Origin: an uncultured Aliarcobacter sp.
GTDB taxonomy: Bacteria; Campylobacterota; Campylobacteria; Campylobacterales; Arcobacteraceae
Direction: 5' to 3'
DNA length: 64,000 bases
NCBI GenBank assembly: GCA_963677435.1
Contig: OY781945.1
Span: forward strand, 2,016,001 to 2,080,000
The position numbers and the translations under genes were made by a program. Position 1 is the first letter of the stretch. Every line of letters starts with the position of its first letter. Shown one piece after another: positions 32,956 through 42,661 of the stretch. Under the pieces are notes generated by a model. It did not search any database. It saw nothing but the letters and a program-made list of their open reading frames with translations, and had not been told where the DNA came from.

Positions 32956-34084
32956 TTATTATTTCTCCAAGCTTATTTATCAAAACTATTTCTCTTGTAT
33001 CAAATTTTTCCAACCATTTTTTAATTGTTTTTGGTTTGTCATTTTTATATTTAATATCAGATGTAAAATAATAAACTTTTCCATCATCATGTAAAAAAGC
33101 ACCGTAAATTTCGTTTGTATTTGTATATATTAAAATTGCTTCATAAATTGTGTACATGCCAGCTACACCAGTTGTTATTACATTTGCATCAAAAGGGTCT
33201 AAATTATCTTCAATATGAATATCACAAATACATTTCAAAAACTCTTCAAAATATTTTTTTGTAAGCTCATCATGTATTTTAGAAAGTAAAACATCATTCA
33301 ATTCAACCCTATCGTAAAATACATCTTTTTTTAATTTGTAATCTCCATCATACATAACTCGCATGCCGTGGAAACTTCTACATCCTAAATTCTCATGTAC
33401 TTGAATAACATCATTAAATTTAGTAAATGTTATTACACATTTGCCATCTTTATTATAAGCATCATTAGAAATATATTGAGCTTCGTTACCAGAAAGTATA
33501 GTCGCTTTACCATCTAAATCACCCACATGAGAACCATGAATCACTGTCAAGTTAAAATCGAAAGAATTATCATAAACATTTGTGATTTTAAGAATTCCTC
33601 CATAACATAAAGCACTACTTTCAATTTCCCAGTTTCCGAACCATCTATTTTTAGTTTGCCAATCAATCTTTTGTAAGATCACTTTTGTAAATTCATAAGG
33701 TGTTTTAAAATTCAAATCAATATAAGAAACTGTCGAGTAAAGTCCTGGTATTTCAGTATTATCAAACCTTGCTGGTAAAATATACTCTTCTGACTCTCGA
33801 TATGCTCTTTCTTGCATAGATTTTCTTTCATGAGTAGTCCAAGCTTTTTTTGCATAATGTTCTGATATAAACATAACAGTATATTTTGCTTTATTTTTAT
33901 AGATTTCCTGTAAATAGTCTATTAAATTTTTACCCCAAAGTGTATGTTCTTCAAATTTATCATAAAAAACTCGAACGCCATAAATTTTTAAAGTTTGAGC
34001 AACTTCTTCAACATAATCTCTATTTTCACCTGCGAAAGACAAAGCAATATCATAGTCATAATTTTTTAATTGAATATCACCCAT
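32948..34084 (-). CDS. TIR-domain protein with unknown C-terminal beta-rich domain
   Basis: YDIALSFAGENR, VFYDKFE...LWGKNL, FISEHYAKKAWTTHER (catalytic Glu) and ILPARFD. Confidence 0.88.
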   Translation of the reverse strand: MGDIQLKNYDYDIALSFAGENRDYVEEVAQTLKIYGVRVFYDKFEEHTLWGKNLIDYLQEIYKNKAKYTVMFISEHYAKKAWTTHERKSMQERAYRESEEYILPARFDNTEIPGLYSTVSYIDLNFKTPYEFTKVILQKIDWQTKNRWFGNWEIESSALCYGGILKITNVYDNSFDFNLTVIHGSHVGDLDGKATILSGNEAQYISNDAYNKDGKCVITFTKFNDVIQVHENLGCRSFHGMRVMYDGDYKLKKDVFYDRVELNDVLLSKIHDELTKKYFEEFLKCICDIHIEDNLDPFDANVITTGVAGMYTIYEAILIYTNTNEIYGAFLHDDGKVYYFTSDIKYKNDKPKTIKKWLEKFDTREIVLINKLGEIING

Positions 34085-34148
34085 TTTTATACCTGATTTT
34101 TGTTAGTTTTCTTTGATTAATATTTACCATTAATTAATTTTCATTTCT

Positions 34149-35216
34149 TTATACATTTATGTAATCAATTGGATTTTCTATGACATTTTCTATGCTATTA
34201 GCAAACAAAACTAAAGCAGTTTTTTTTGTAATTTTATTATGTTTGCCTACTTCAATATCAACTGTATTTAGCTTTTGATACTCAGTCTCTTTAATGAAAT
34301 TTTCACCCATCCATAAAGAAGTATTATGTTTTTTAAATGCAAGATTTTTATTTACTTTTGCACCACTATCCAATCTAAATAAGCCTGTTAAAGCTTTTGA
34401 ATTAAAATCTATTGAACCGTTTAGAGTAACAACTATAATATTTTTAGGAGATAAAAAACCTGAACTTGTGCTAGGTAAAGGTAATGTATCTACAATCCCA
34501 CTAAATTTAGGAAAATGCTCTAATTGTTTTAAATATGTTTGGATAATTTTACTTTTTGAAATTTTGTTATCTAGTTCTTTTGAGAAATTTTTAAAAAAAG
34601 TTATCACATCATCTTTTTGTGTAAAAGCTATTTTTGTGCAATCTCCTATCTCCCCTAAAATTAAATATTCTCCAGACAATCGACTTAAAGCATGATATTT
34701 AATAATATTTCTAATTTCCTCTAAAAAAATAGCATAATCTTGATCATGCAAAATTTCTTGAACTTTTTCAGAATCGACTAAATCAATAAGTACATAAGAT
34801 AAATATTTTTTTTCATCCCATTCTCTAGCAATAATTTCAGCTTTTTTTGATTCAAAATATTTAGATTGAATGAGCTTTGTACTGTTTTGATCTACTAAAC
34901 CATCAATATTTACATAAAAATTGCTATTATCTATTTCTATATTGCATTCACTGCAATTATTACTTATTGATATAATCTTTACTCCACATTCATGACACTC
35001 AAATATTTCTAAATCTAATACAGATGTTTCAATTAATAATCTAAATATTTTTTCTGCATAATTTTCTGGAATATTTAGTTTTATTTTCAGTTTGTCTATA
35101 TCCAATTTATGACTCATTGGAGTTGTGAATAATAACTGATGTAATTTATCTATATTTTCCTGACTTAAATTAATTTTATTCAGAAAATTCAAGAATTTTA
35201 GAAATGAGGGCTTCAT
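34149..35216 (-). CDS. wHTH/Zn-ribbon + class III nucleotide-cyclase-like protein
   Basis: CHECG-x9-CSEC. Then VLIDLVDSEK (first Asp), GEIGDCTKIAF (GD, second Asp), DFNSKALTGLFRLDSGAK (Arg motif) and LWMGENF. Confidence 0.65.
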   Translation of the reverse strand: MKPSFLKFLNFLNKINLSQENIDKLHQLLFTTPMSHKLDIDKLKIKLNIPENYAEKIFRLLIETSVLDLEIFECHECGVKIISISNNCSECNIEIDNSNFYVNIDGLVDQNSTKLIQSKYFESKKAEIIAREWDEKKYLSYVLIDLVDSEKVQEILHDQDYAIFLEEIRNIIKYHALSRLSGEYLILGEIGDCTKIAFTQKDDVITFFKNFSKELDNKISKSKIIQTYLKQLEHFPKFSGIVDTLPLPSTSSGFLSPKNIIVVTLNGSIDFNSKALTGLFRLDSGAKVNKNLAFKKHNTSLWMGENFIKETEYQKLNTVDIEVGKHNKITKKTALVLFANSIENVIENPIDYINV

Positions 35217-36432
35217 AAATTTCCTTCGTATAATTATTATTTGTAATTTCTATTTTTTTATCATTGACATCAAAATCAAAAGTAATGCTATCAATCATTT
35301 TACCTTTCATTTTATCTTCATTTAAATCTTTTTCAAATTCTGAAATATTTCTAATCAAAATAGCATACGCATGAAATTTAGTAGTTTCAGCATTCTTTTT
35401 TAGTCGTTCTGTAATTTCTGGCTTTGATGTGTTATGCTCTTGATACTCCTCAAAAAAACCTATTAAAGTACCATTTTTTGAATAATATTCTTTTACTTTC
35501 TTTTCTATATCAGAAAGTTTTTGTTTATCTTGACTAATTATTGCTTTTTCACTATATTCATCTACAGTCGTATCTTCTCTATAAAAATGATGTTTTGTAG
35601 GAACAATAATCAAATCATCCTTTTTTAAGTCTAATAGTTTATTAAATACATTTTTTGTAAATATTGAATTCTCTTGAGTTTCAAAGTTGTTTTGAATAAG
35701 TTCTATTCTCTCATCACTTAAACATAAAATTTTCCCTATCTCTTTTGTAATTATTTCTTTGTCTTCTTCATGTTGAATTTTTGAAGCTTTTTTCCCATCA
35801 TTTTGAATATAAGAATAATCCATTCCTAATTCTAAAGTATTAGCTTGTAAATCGAATTTTACTTTTGAAATCACTCTTGTTTCTTCCATAAGTTCAGTCT
35901 TAATTGACCGTAAAGTACTATATTTATTATCTGTTAAATTTAGTACATTATTGGTTAGTTGCTTCCACATATCAGCATCAAATTTATTTTCATCAAATGT
36001 GACATTAGCTGCATGAAAAGCACCTTTTGCTAATGTTATAATTACTTCTTCTCCAGATTTAAAGAACTCAATAGGTGTCCATCCATCAGGAATTTTATAG
36101 TCATAAGGGATGTTATCTAAAGAACTAACTAAAGCTTTTTCGTCATGGGTCATTTCAAATTTATGAATTTCTATAGATTTTCTAGCATATATTTCATGAG
36201 ATTTTAAAAATTGTTTAAAAAGTTTTAAATCGCTATCGTATTTTATTATCTCTTCAAATATTTTTGAAGTATCTTCATTTACAATATTTTCTGCTAATTT
36301 TTTATTTGAAATATCTACACTTTGTTGTACAAAATAAACATATTGCTTTTTATATGCAATAGTCCAACTATTTTTTCCTTTTGAAGAAAAAACTTCATAA
36401 AATAATTTTTTATCATTTTCACTATAATTCAT
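35176..36432 (-). CDS. Hypothetical protein (418 aa), overlapping the cyclase-like gene
   Basis: Long soluble ORF with RBS GGAG. It overlaps the next gene by 41 bp. No motif recognised. Confidence 0.75.
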   Translation of the reverse strand: MNYSENDKKLFYEVFSSKGKNSWTIAYKKQYVYFVQQSVDISNKKLAENIVNEDTSKIFEEIIKYDSDLKLFKQFLKSHEIYARKSIEIHKFEMTHDEKALVSSLDNIPYDYKIPDGWTPIEFFKSGEEVIITLAKGAFHAANVTFDENKFDADMWKQLTNNVLNLTDNKYSTLRSIKTELMEETRVISKVKFDLQANTLELGMDYSYIQNDGKKASKIQHEEDKEIITKEIGKILCLSDERIELIQNNFETQENSIFTKNVFNKLLDLKKDDLIIVPTKHHFYREDTTVDEYSEKAIISQDKQKLSDIEKKVKEYYSKNGTLIGFFEEYQEHNTSKPEITERLKKNAETTKFHAYAILIRNISEFEKDLNEDKMKGKMIDSITFDFDVNDKKIEITNNNYTKEIYEALISKILEFSE

Positions 36433-36487
36433 TTACTTCTCCAAATTCTAAATATAACTTTCATATCAAAATCTCTTTTTTGCACTA

Positions 36488-37975
36488 TTACTCCCCAACC
36501 ACACCAACAATTTCTCTAAAACTCTCTAATCCAGCTTCTAAATCATCAATAATCTCATTTGCCAAAATATCAGGATCAGGAAGATTGTCTAAATCTGCTA
36601 AACTTTTATCTTTTAGCCAGAAGATATCCAAGCTTGTTTTATCTCTTGTGATGATATCTTCGTATTTGAACTTTCTCCATCTTCCCTCTGGGTTTTCTTC
36701 GCTGTATGTTTCTTCTCTGTTGTGTCTATTTGTTGGGTTATAACATTTGATGAAGTCTTGCAAATCTTCAAGCTTCATAGGGTTTTTCTTTAGTGTGAAG
36801 TGGATATTTGTTCTAAAGTCGTATATCCACACCTCTTTTGTCCAAGGCTCTTTACTAGCAGGTTTATTGTCAAAGAACAGTACATTTGCTTTTACACCTT
36901 GTTTATAAAATATTCCAGTAGGTAGTCTTAATATTGTGTGAAGCTCTGTAGTCTTCATAAGTTCTTTTCTTACAGTCTCTCCAGCTCCACCCTCAAAGAG
37001 AACATTATCAGGTAATACTACTGCGGCTTGTCCTGTAGTTTTGAGTAGTGTTTTGATATGTTGCATAAAATTGAGCTGTTTATTTGAGCTTGTAGCCCAA
37101 AAGTCTTGACGATTGTAAACTAAGTCTTCTTTTTCTTGGTCTCCCTCTTCATTTGTAAAGGTCATTGAGCTTTTTTTACCAAATGGTGGATTTGCTAGGA
37201 CATAATCAAATCTTTTCCCCTCATCGGCTATAAGAGCATCATTTGGAGATATAAAGCTCTCTCCATCTATCTCCCCGATATTATGCAAAAAGAGGTTCAT
37301 CAAAGCCATTCTTCTTGTGTTTGCTACTATCTCATTTCCGTAGAAAGTTTTATTTTTCAAAAACTCTTTTTGTTCTCTATCTAAGTCATGATTTTTTACT
37401 ATGTAGTCATAAGCTGCCAAGAAGAACCCGCCCGTTCCACATGCCGGGTCTGTGATGCTTTTATTTGGCTGGGGTCTTACACACTCCACCATCGCTTGAA
37501 TAAGGCTTCTTGGGGTGAAGTATTGACCAGCTCCACTTTTAGTATCTTCTGCATTTTTTTCAAGTAATCCCTCGTAGATTTTCCCTTTTAGGTCACTTCC
37601 AAACATCGACCAGTTTTCGCGATTGACCATATCTATGATTTTATAAAGTTTTGCAGGGTCTTGGATTTTGTTTTGACTTTTGGTAAAGATTTGACCAAGA
37701 ATGCCTTTAGCCGTTGATAGTTCACGAAGTAGCTCGCTATAATGAACTTCTAGTTCTGCTCCTCTTTTTTCTGTCAAACTCTCCCATCCATACCCTTTCG
37801 GGATATTGAGTTTTCTATTATAAGGTGGTTTGCTATACTCATCTGCCATCTTTAAAAAGAGTAAATAGGTAAGCTGTTCTAAATAATCTCCATACCCCAC
37901 ACCATCATCTTTTAGGATAGTGGCAAATCCCCAAACTTTACTTACTACACTTGATGCATTATTTGATTCATTCAT
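36488..37975 (-). CDS. hsdM: Type I R-M methyltransferase subunit
   Basis: GQYFTPR, DPACGTGGF and NPPF (N6-adenine MTase) motifs. Confidence 0.96.
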   Translation of the reverse strand: MNESNNASSVVSKVWGFATILKDDGVGYGDYLEQLTYLLFLKMADEYSKPPYNRKLNIPKGYGWESLTEKRGAELEVHYSELLRELSTAKGILGQIFTKSQNKIQDPAKLYKIIDMVNRENWSMFGSDLKGKIYEGLLEKNAEDTKSGAGQYFTPRSLIQAMVECVRPQPNKSITDPACGTGGFFLAAYDYIVKNHDLDREQKEFLKNKTFYGNEIVANTRRMALMNLFLHNIGEIDGESFISPNDALIADEGKRFDYVLANPPFGKKSSMTFTNEEGDQEKEDLVYNRQDFWATSSNKQLNFMQHIKTLLKTTGQAAVVLPDNVLFEGGAGETVRKELMKTTELHTILRLPTGIFYKQGVKANVLFFDNKPASKEPWTKEVWIYDFRTNIHFTLKKNPMKLEDLQDFIKCYNPTNRHNREETYSEENPEGRWRKFKYEDIITRDKTSLDIFWLKDKSLADLDNLPDPDILANEIIDDLEAGLESFREIVGVVGE

Positions 37976-39429
37976 TATTTATCTCTCTCTTTTTTAATTC
38001 TTTCTAGTAATTCTTCCGCAGTTTCATATTCAGGATGATTTTTGATATTTTCTAGCTCTTGCTCATTTAGGAGTTTCCCCTCAAAAGCTTTTTTAAGGAT
38101 ACTTTGTCGCAAGGCTTCTGATTTGGCTAGTGATGTTTTGATGGTCTCTTCTATTTTATCGCAGACACTAAGTTTTGACTCAATTTCTTGAACTATTACT
38201 TTTTGTTCTTCAAACGACATCAAAGGCATAAGCATATTTGAAATTCTATTTTTATTGAGTGCTTTTTGATTATTACCAGAGCCAATTCTTCTAGTTTCTT
38301 GATATGTATAATGGAAAAAGTTATAAAGTAGTTTTGAAGAAAGGCAATTTTGGTTTACTCTTAAAGCTGCTGTGTTTTGATTATGACAAGCTTCAATTTG
38401 TAATATGGCTGCTTGTCCTCTTGTTTTACCTTCTCCAATCATTGCTAACATAACCGTGCCAATTGGATGTACATTAGTTGAAGTGTTATTAAGTCCATCT
38501 TCGGTAATAGTTTCTTCTGTTCTAATAATATTTTTAAATGCGACTTCACCACTACTTACCCAATTTATATCGCCATTCCAATATAATGGCATTTTTCGGC
38601 TAGGAGTTGAACCGATATACACTTCGTATATTTCACCAAGTTTATGATAAGCCCAATTTTCAGGCAATACTGTATTTAATGCATTAGTTTCATTATCTTC
38701 ATCTATCATAGGCTTATAAGGTTGTGGTTTTTTAGGCTTCACTCCTTGTTCCACATTATCTTCCCACTCTTTTACAGCTTCTTTCCACTCTTCAAGTTGT
38801 TGTTTGTAGTGAACTCCACGCTCTTTTTTTATCTGTTCTAGTAGTTCATCTGCTGTTGGAAGATTGGTTTGTTTTTCTCTCCACTCACATGTGAGCTCTC
38901 CCTCAAAAGCTTTTTTAAGTACCGCTTGGCGGTAGATTTTGAGTTTTGCTTGAGCGGTTTTGAGATTTGCTATGCCATTATCAAGCTCTGAAAAGAGTTG
39001 CTCTATTTTTGCAACGATTGCTTTTTGTTCAAGGAGTGGAGGTACTAATAACTCATGTTCTGCATAAACAGAAATCCAATATCTTTTATGTGTATCTGTA
39101 TTAATTTGATTCATCTGCATTGAATAAAAGATAAACTTTAGATTTACAAGTTCAGAAGTTGGTTTTAAAATTTTCATAGCCGATGATTTTGCTTTAAAGT
39201 GAAAATTAACATATTTTGATGCTGTAGTAAAATCATCAAATATAATTACAGGTGTATCTTCAAATATACCTTCATTTTCATTTGTATAACCAAGTATGAA
39301 AGTTTTACCAGCAGTTAGAACAGGTGTCTTGTAACTGTCATCATAATCTGTGCTACTTACAAGATAATTAGTCGGCTGTATATAATCTAAAAAATCTTTA
39401 TATTTTACTGTTGTCCATTTTTTTCTCAT
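37975..39429 (-). CDS. hsdS: Type I R-M specificity subunit
   Basis: Two TRDs separated by conserved repeats (EQKAIVAKIE...RQAVLKKAFEGEL and EQKVIVQEIE...RQSILKKAFEGKL). Confidence 0.94.
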   Translation of the reverse strand: MRKKWTTVKYKDFLDYIQPTNYLVSSTDYDDSYKTPVLTAGKTFILGYTNENEGIFEDTPVIIFDDFTTASKYVNFHFKAKSSAMKILKPTSELVNLKFIFYSMQMNQINTDTHKRYWISVYAEHELLVPPLLEQKAIVAKIEQLFSELDNGIANLKTAQAKLKIYRQAVLKKAFEGELTCEWREKQTNLPTADELLEQIKKERGVHYKQQLEEWKEAVKEWEDNVEQGVKPKKPQPYKPMIDEDNETNALNTVLPENWAYHKLGEIYEVYIGSTPSRKMPLYWNGDINWVSSGEVAFKNIIRTEETITEDGLNNTSTNVHPIGTVMLAMIGEGKTRGQAAILQIEACHNQNTAALRVNQNCLSSKLLYNFFHYTYQETRRIGSGNNQKALNKNRISNMLMPLMSFEEQKVIVQEIESKLSVCDKIEETIKTSLAKSEALRQSILKKAFEGKLLNEQELENIKNHPEYETAEELLERIKKERDK

Positions 39430-42153
39430 CTAAGCCGCCAACGCTTCATTAAGTTCATCTATAATTTTATTCATCTCTTCTCCAAAAAGTTGCCACATTT
39501 TTCCTCTTCCACCTTGAGCATCAAATGGTGTATAGTCTAAGTCATCAATCTCTACATGTAAGCTAGTTGATATATGCTCTTTTATCATCCGTAACCACTC
39601 CATTTGTTCTGTACTATATTTTAAGCTTCCAGCTTGTTTTCCAAAGACCCATTTTTGAAAATTTTTATCTATTGTTAGGTCGAAGCCAGTGAGCTTAGTA
39701 TCTAGTCCTGTGAGTCGTCGCAGGATTGATACTAGAGCTATTATCTCACTTTTTGGGCTTTGTGGGTTTGTCTCTTCTAGTTGTCTGTATGCTTCCCAGA
39801 CTATGCTTGGAGCAAGGCGAGGTTTATTTGTTTTGATGTTTGTAAGTAGCTCTTTTACCATCTTTGATGTGAGTTCTCTTCTTCTATGTGGTTCGTTATA
39901 GAAGATTTTAAGGGCTGTTATCTCATCTTTATGCTCTTCTATGTAGTCTTTAAACTCTGTGATGATTTCATTTGCTTTATCGCTAGAGTCTTTGTCCCAA
40001 TCAGCCACGAGTACAGTATCAAGATTAACCACATCGATGATTTGTTCATGCACTTTTCGTACATTTTCAAGGTAGTCGTTTAACTCTCCATTAAAAGTTG
40101 TTTGCACCTCTTTTATAAGTTCATCTTGTGGTACACTCTCTAGTACATCAGGGTCATAGACATTGAGCAGGTCTTTGATGATATGATTGATACTTTTGCC
40201 ATCACTTAGTTCTATGATTTTCTCTTTTTCATCTTCGGTTATTTGCTTATCTAGCCTTATAAGTCTGTTTGCAAGTGAGGTGAAGAGGTCTTCATCTGTT
40301 GCACCCATAAGCACGGCTCCAAGTAAATCTTTCATTGGCACTGATGGTTTTCTCTCTAGTGGTCGGCTATCTGTTTTTTTAGACTTTGTAGCACCTATGG
40401 CATCTACTACCACAAAGTGAGTTTTTACTTTTGCCATGCGTGATACTTGTTGTAAGTCATCACTGTTGATAGTTCTGCTTCCTCTTCCTATCATCTGTTG
40501 GAAATAGTTGGTACTTTTTACATCTCTCATAAACAGCAACACTTCAAGAGGTTTGATATCTGTTCCTGTGGCTATCATATCTACTGTGACTGCTATTCGA
40601 GGGTTGTAGTTGTTTCTAAATTTGTTGATAACTGATTTTGGGTCTTCATCTATTTTATAGGTTACTTTTTTACAGAAGTCATTTCCCTCTCCAAACTCTT
40701 CACGAACTATTTTGATGATGTCATCTGCATGGGAGTCTGTTTTGGCGAATATTAGTGTTTTTGGTACTTCCATTTCACCATTTTCATCTATACGGTTTGG
40801 GAATATTTTTGGTAAGTTCTCTTTGTAGGCTTTGATGATGTTTCTTATTTGACTTGGATTTACCACATCTTTATCAAGTTTGTTAGCTGTATAAACTTCT
40901 TCCTCTTCTGTTCGCTCCCATCTTTTTCTTCGGCTTAGTTTTTCTCTTTTTTCTATGAGCTCTTTTGCCTCTATCTTTGCACCGTTTTTTGTTATCTCTG
41001 TTTCGATTACAAAGACATCATAAGGTACATTTACTCCATCTGCTACTGATTCTTCATAGGTGTATTCACTCACTACATTTTCATTGAAAAATCCAAATGT
41101 TCTTTTATCAGGTGTAGCTGTAAGCCCTACGAGGTATGAGTCAAAGTAGTCTAATACTTGTTGCCAAAGGTTATAGATAGATCGGTGGCACTCATCTATA
41201 ACGATAAAATCAAAAGTTTCTATACCGTATTTTTCATTGTACACCACTGGCAGTGGCTCTTTAGGTTTCCAGCTTGATTCGTTTGGGTTTTCTTCTTCGG
41301 CTTTGTCGTCTAGCTCTTCACCTTTTAGGATAGAGTAAAGTCTTTGAATAGTTGAGATACACACTTGTGCATCACTTGCTATATAGCTTGAACTAAGTCT
41401 TTGAACATTATAAAGCTCTGTAAATTTTCTATTGTCATCTTGTGGGACAAACTTCATAAACTCTTGTTCTGCTTGTTCTCCTAAGTTTTTTGTATCTACA
41501 AGAAAAAGTATCCTATTGGCTTTTGCAAACTTTAGAAGTCTATAGATAAATGAAGCTGCTGTAAATGTTTTACCTGCTCCTGTAGCCATTTGTATAAGTG
41601 CTCTTGGTTTGTTTTGTTTAAATGAGCTTTCAAGATTTCTAATGGCTTTGATTTGAGCTGGTCTGAAACCATCAGTTTCTAGCTCAGGAATATCAAAAAA
41701 TCTTCCCCTTAGAGTTTTGTCTTGTTTTGACCATGAAAGTAAAGTTTTGGGAGTATGAAAGCTAAATATTTCTCTAGCTCTTGGTTTTGGGTCTTGATAG
41801 TCTGTAAATCTTGTAAGTGCTCCCGTACTTTCATAGACAAATCGTAAAGGGTCGTTGTTTAAATATTTTAGTTTGGCATTAGCATAGCCAGATGATTGTT
41901 CTTCTACAGTTGAGAGATTTTGTCCAACATCTTCTTTTTTTGCTTCAACAATTCCAACAGGCTTTCTATCTACAAAAAGAACATAATCAGCTGGTCCTAC
42001 ATCTGTTTGGTACTCTTTTATAGCAATTCCAAGTGATTCGTTCCAGTTGATTTTTTTGGCACTTTGTATTGTCCAACCTGCATTTCGTAGTAACTTATCT
42101 ATGTTGTCTCTTGCAAATTGTTCTGGGTTTTGGTTTATATCATTTGTACTCAT
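39430..42153 (-). CDS. hsdR: Type I restriction endonuclease subunit R
   Basis: PADYVLF...VEAKK nuclease, MATGAGKT, DECHR, LTATP and QMIGRGSR motifs. Confidence 0.96.
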   Translation of the reverse strand: MSTNDINQNPEQFARDNIDKLLRNAGWTIQSAKKINWNESLGIAIKEYQTDVGPADYVLFVDRKPVGIVEAKKEDVGQNLSTVEEQSSGYANAKLKYLNNDPLRFVYESTGALTRFTDYQDPKPRAREIFSFHTPKTLLSWSKQDKTLRGRFFDIPELETDGFRPAQIKAIRNLESSFKQNKPRALIQMATGAGKTFTAASFIYRLLKFAKANRILFLVDTKNLGEQAEQEFMKFVPQDDNRKFTELYNVQRLSSSYIASDAQVCISTIQRLYSILKGEELDDKAEEENPNESSWKPKEPLPVVYNEKYGIETFDFIVIDECHRSIYNLWQQVLDYFDSYLVGLTATPDKRTFGFFNENVVSEYTYEESVADGVNVPYDVFVIETEITKNGAKIEAKELIEKREKLSRRKRWERTEEEEVYTANKLDKDVVNPSQIRNIIKAYKENLPKIFPNRIDENGEMEVPKTLIFAKTDSHADDIIKIVREEFGEGNDFCKKVTYKIDEDPKSVINKFRNNYNPRIAVTVDMIATGTDIKPLEVLLFMRDVKSTNYFQQMIGRGSRTINSDDLQQVSRMAKVKTHFVVVDAIGATKSKKTDSRPLERKPSVPMKDLLGAVLMGATDEDLFTSLANRLIRLDKQITEDEKEKIIELSDGKSINHIIKDLLNVYDPDVLESVPQDELIKEVQTTFNGELNDYLENVRKVHEQIIDVVNLDTVLVADWDKDSSDKANEIITEFKDYIEEHKDEITALKIFYNEPHRRRELTSKMVKELLTNIKTNKPRLAPSIVWEAYRQLEETNPQSPKSEIIALVSILRRLTGLDTKLTGFDLTIDKNFQKWVFGKQAGSLKYSTEQMEWLRMIKEHISTSLHVEIDDLDYTPFDAQGGRGKMWQLFGEEMNKIIDELNEALAA

Positions 42154-42156
42154 AGT

Positions 42157-42339
42157 TTACTTCTCATCCGCAGCTTTACCGCTTTTTACCCATGCATCAA
42201 CTTCATCTTTTCTAAAAAGCCATTTTCTACCCACTTTATTTGCAGGCATTTGTTTTTGCTCAATCCATTTATAAACTGTATCTCTTGTAGTGTGCAGGTA
42301 TTCGCATATTTCGTTGACAGTAAGCCATTTGTCTTCCAT
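42157..42339 (-). CDS. Small excisionase-family HTH protein leading the hsd operon (possible regulator)
   Basis: MEDKWLTVNEICEYL...TVYKWIEQKQMPANKVGRKWLF. ATG 42339 is preferred over TTG 42378. Confidence 0.8.
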   Translation of the reverse strand: MEDKWLTVNEICEYLHTTRDTVYKWIEQKQMPANKVGRKWLFRKDEVDAWVKSGKAADEK

Positions 42340-42431
42340 GATTAGCACCTTGAATAAAATATCATTTATTTTACTCAAATTTGGCTAAGTATAAGTTGTA
42401 TTGATGAATAGTAATGAATAATTTTGCTAGG

Positions 42432-42647
42432 CTATTGCCAAAAATAAACATTTACTGCAAAAACAATCAGCATTAGCACTACATCAACTTTCCAACTCCA
42501 GTAGTTAGCAATGTTGTTAAAATCACCGCCACTTGATTCATAATCTTCATTATCATTGCTACTTGAACCGTACGGTGTACCACCTGCATCAATTCCTCCA
42601 CCTGACATCGATAAGCCTGTAGTTGGATTATAATCATACATAATCAA
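42432..42647 (-). CDS. Small membrane-anchored hypothetical protein
   Basis: NPTTGLSM-GG-D-GG-PYG motif and a C-terminal TM helix. RBS AGGAG. Confidence 0.55.
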   Translation of the reverse strand: MIMYDYNPTTGLSMSGGGIDAGGTPYGSSSNDNEDYESSGGDFNNIANYWSWKVDVVLMLIVFAVNVYFWQ

Positions 42648-42661
42648 TTTCTCCTGTTATT

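Noticed and set aside
38078..38920. Repeat CCCTCAAAAGCTTTTTTAAG in hsdS as a phase-variation shufflon site
   Set aside because: These are the normal direct conserved repeats of HsdS. There are no inverted silent hsdS copies nearby.
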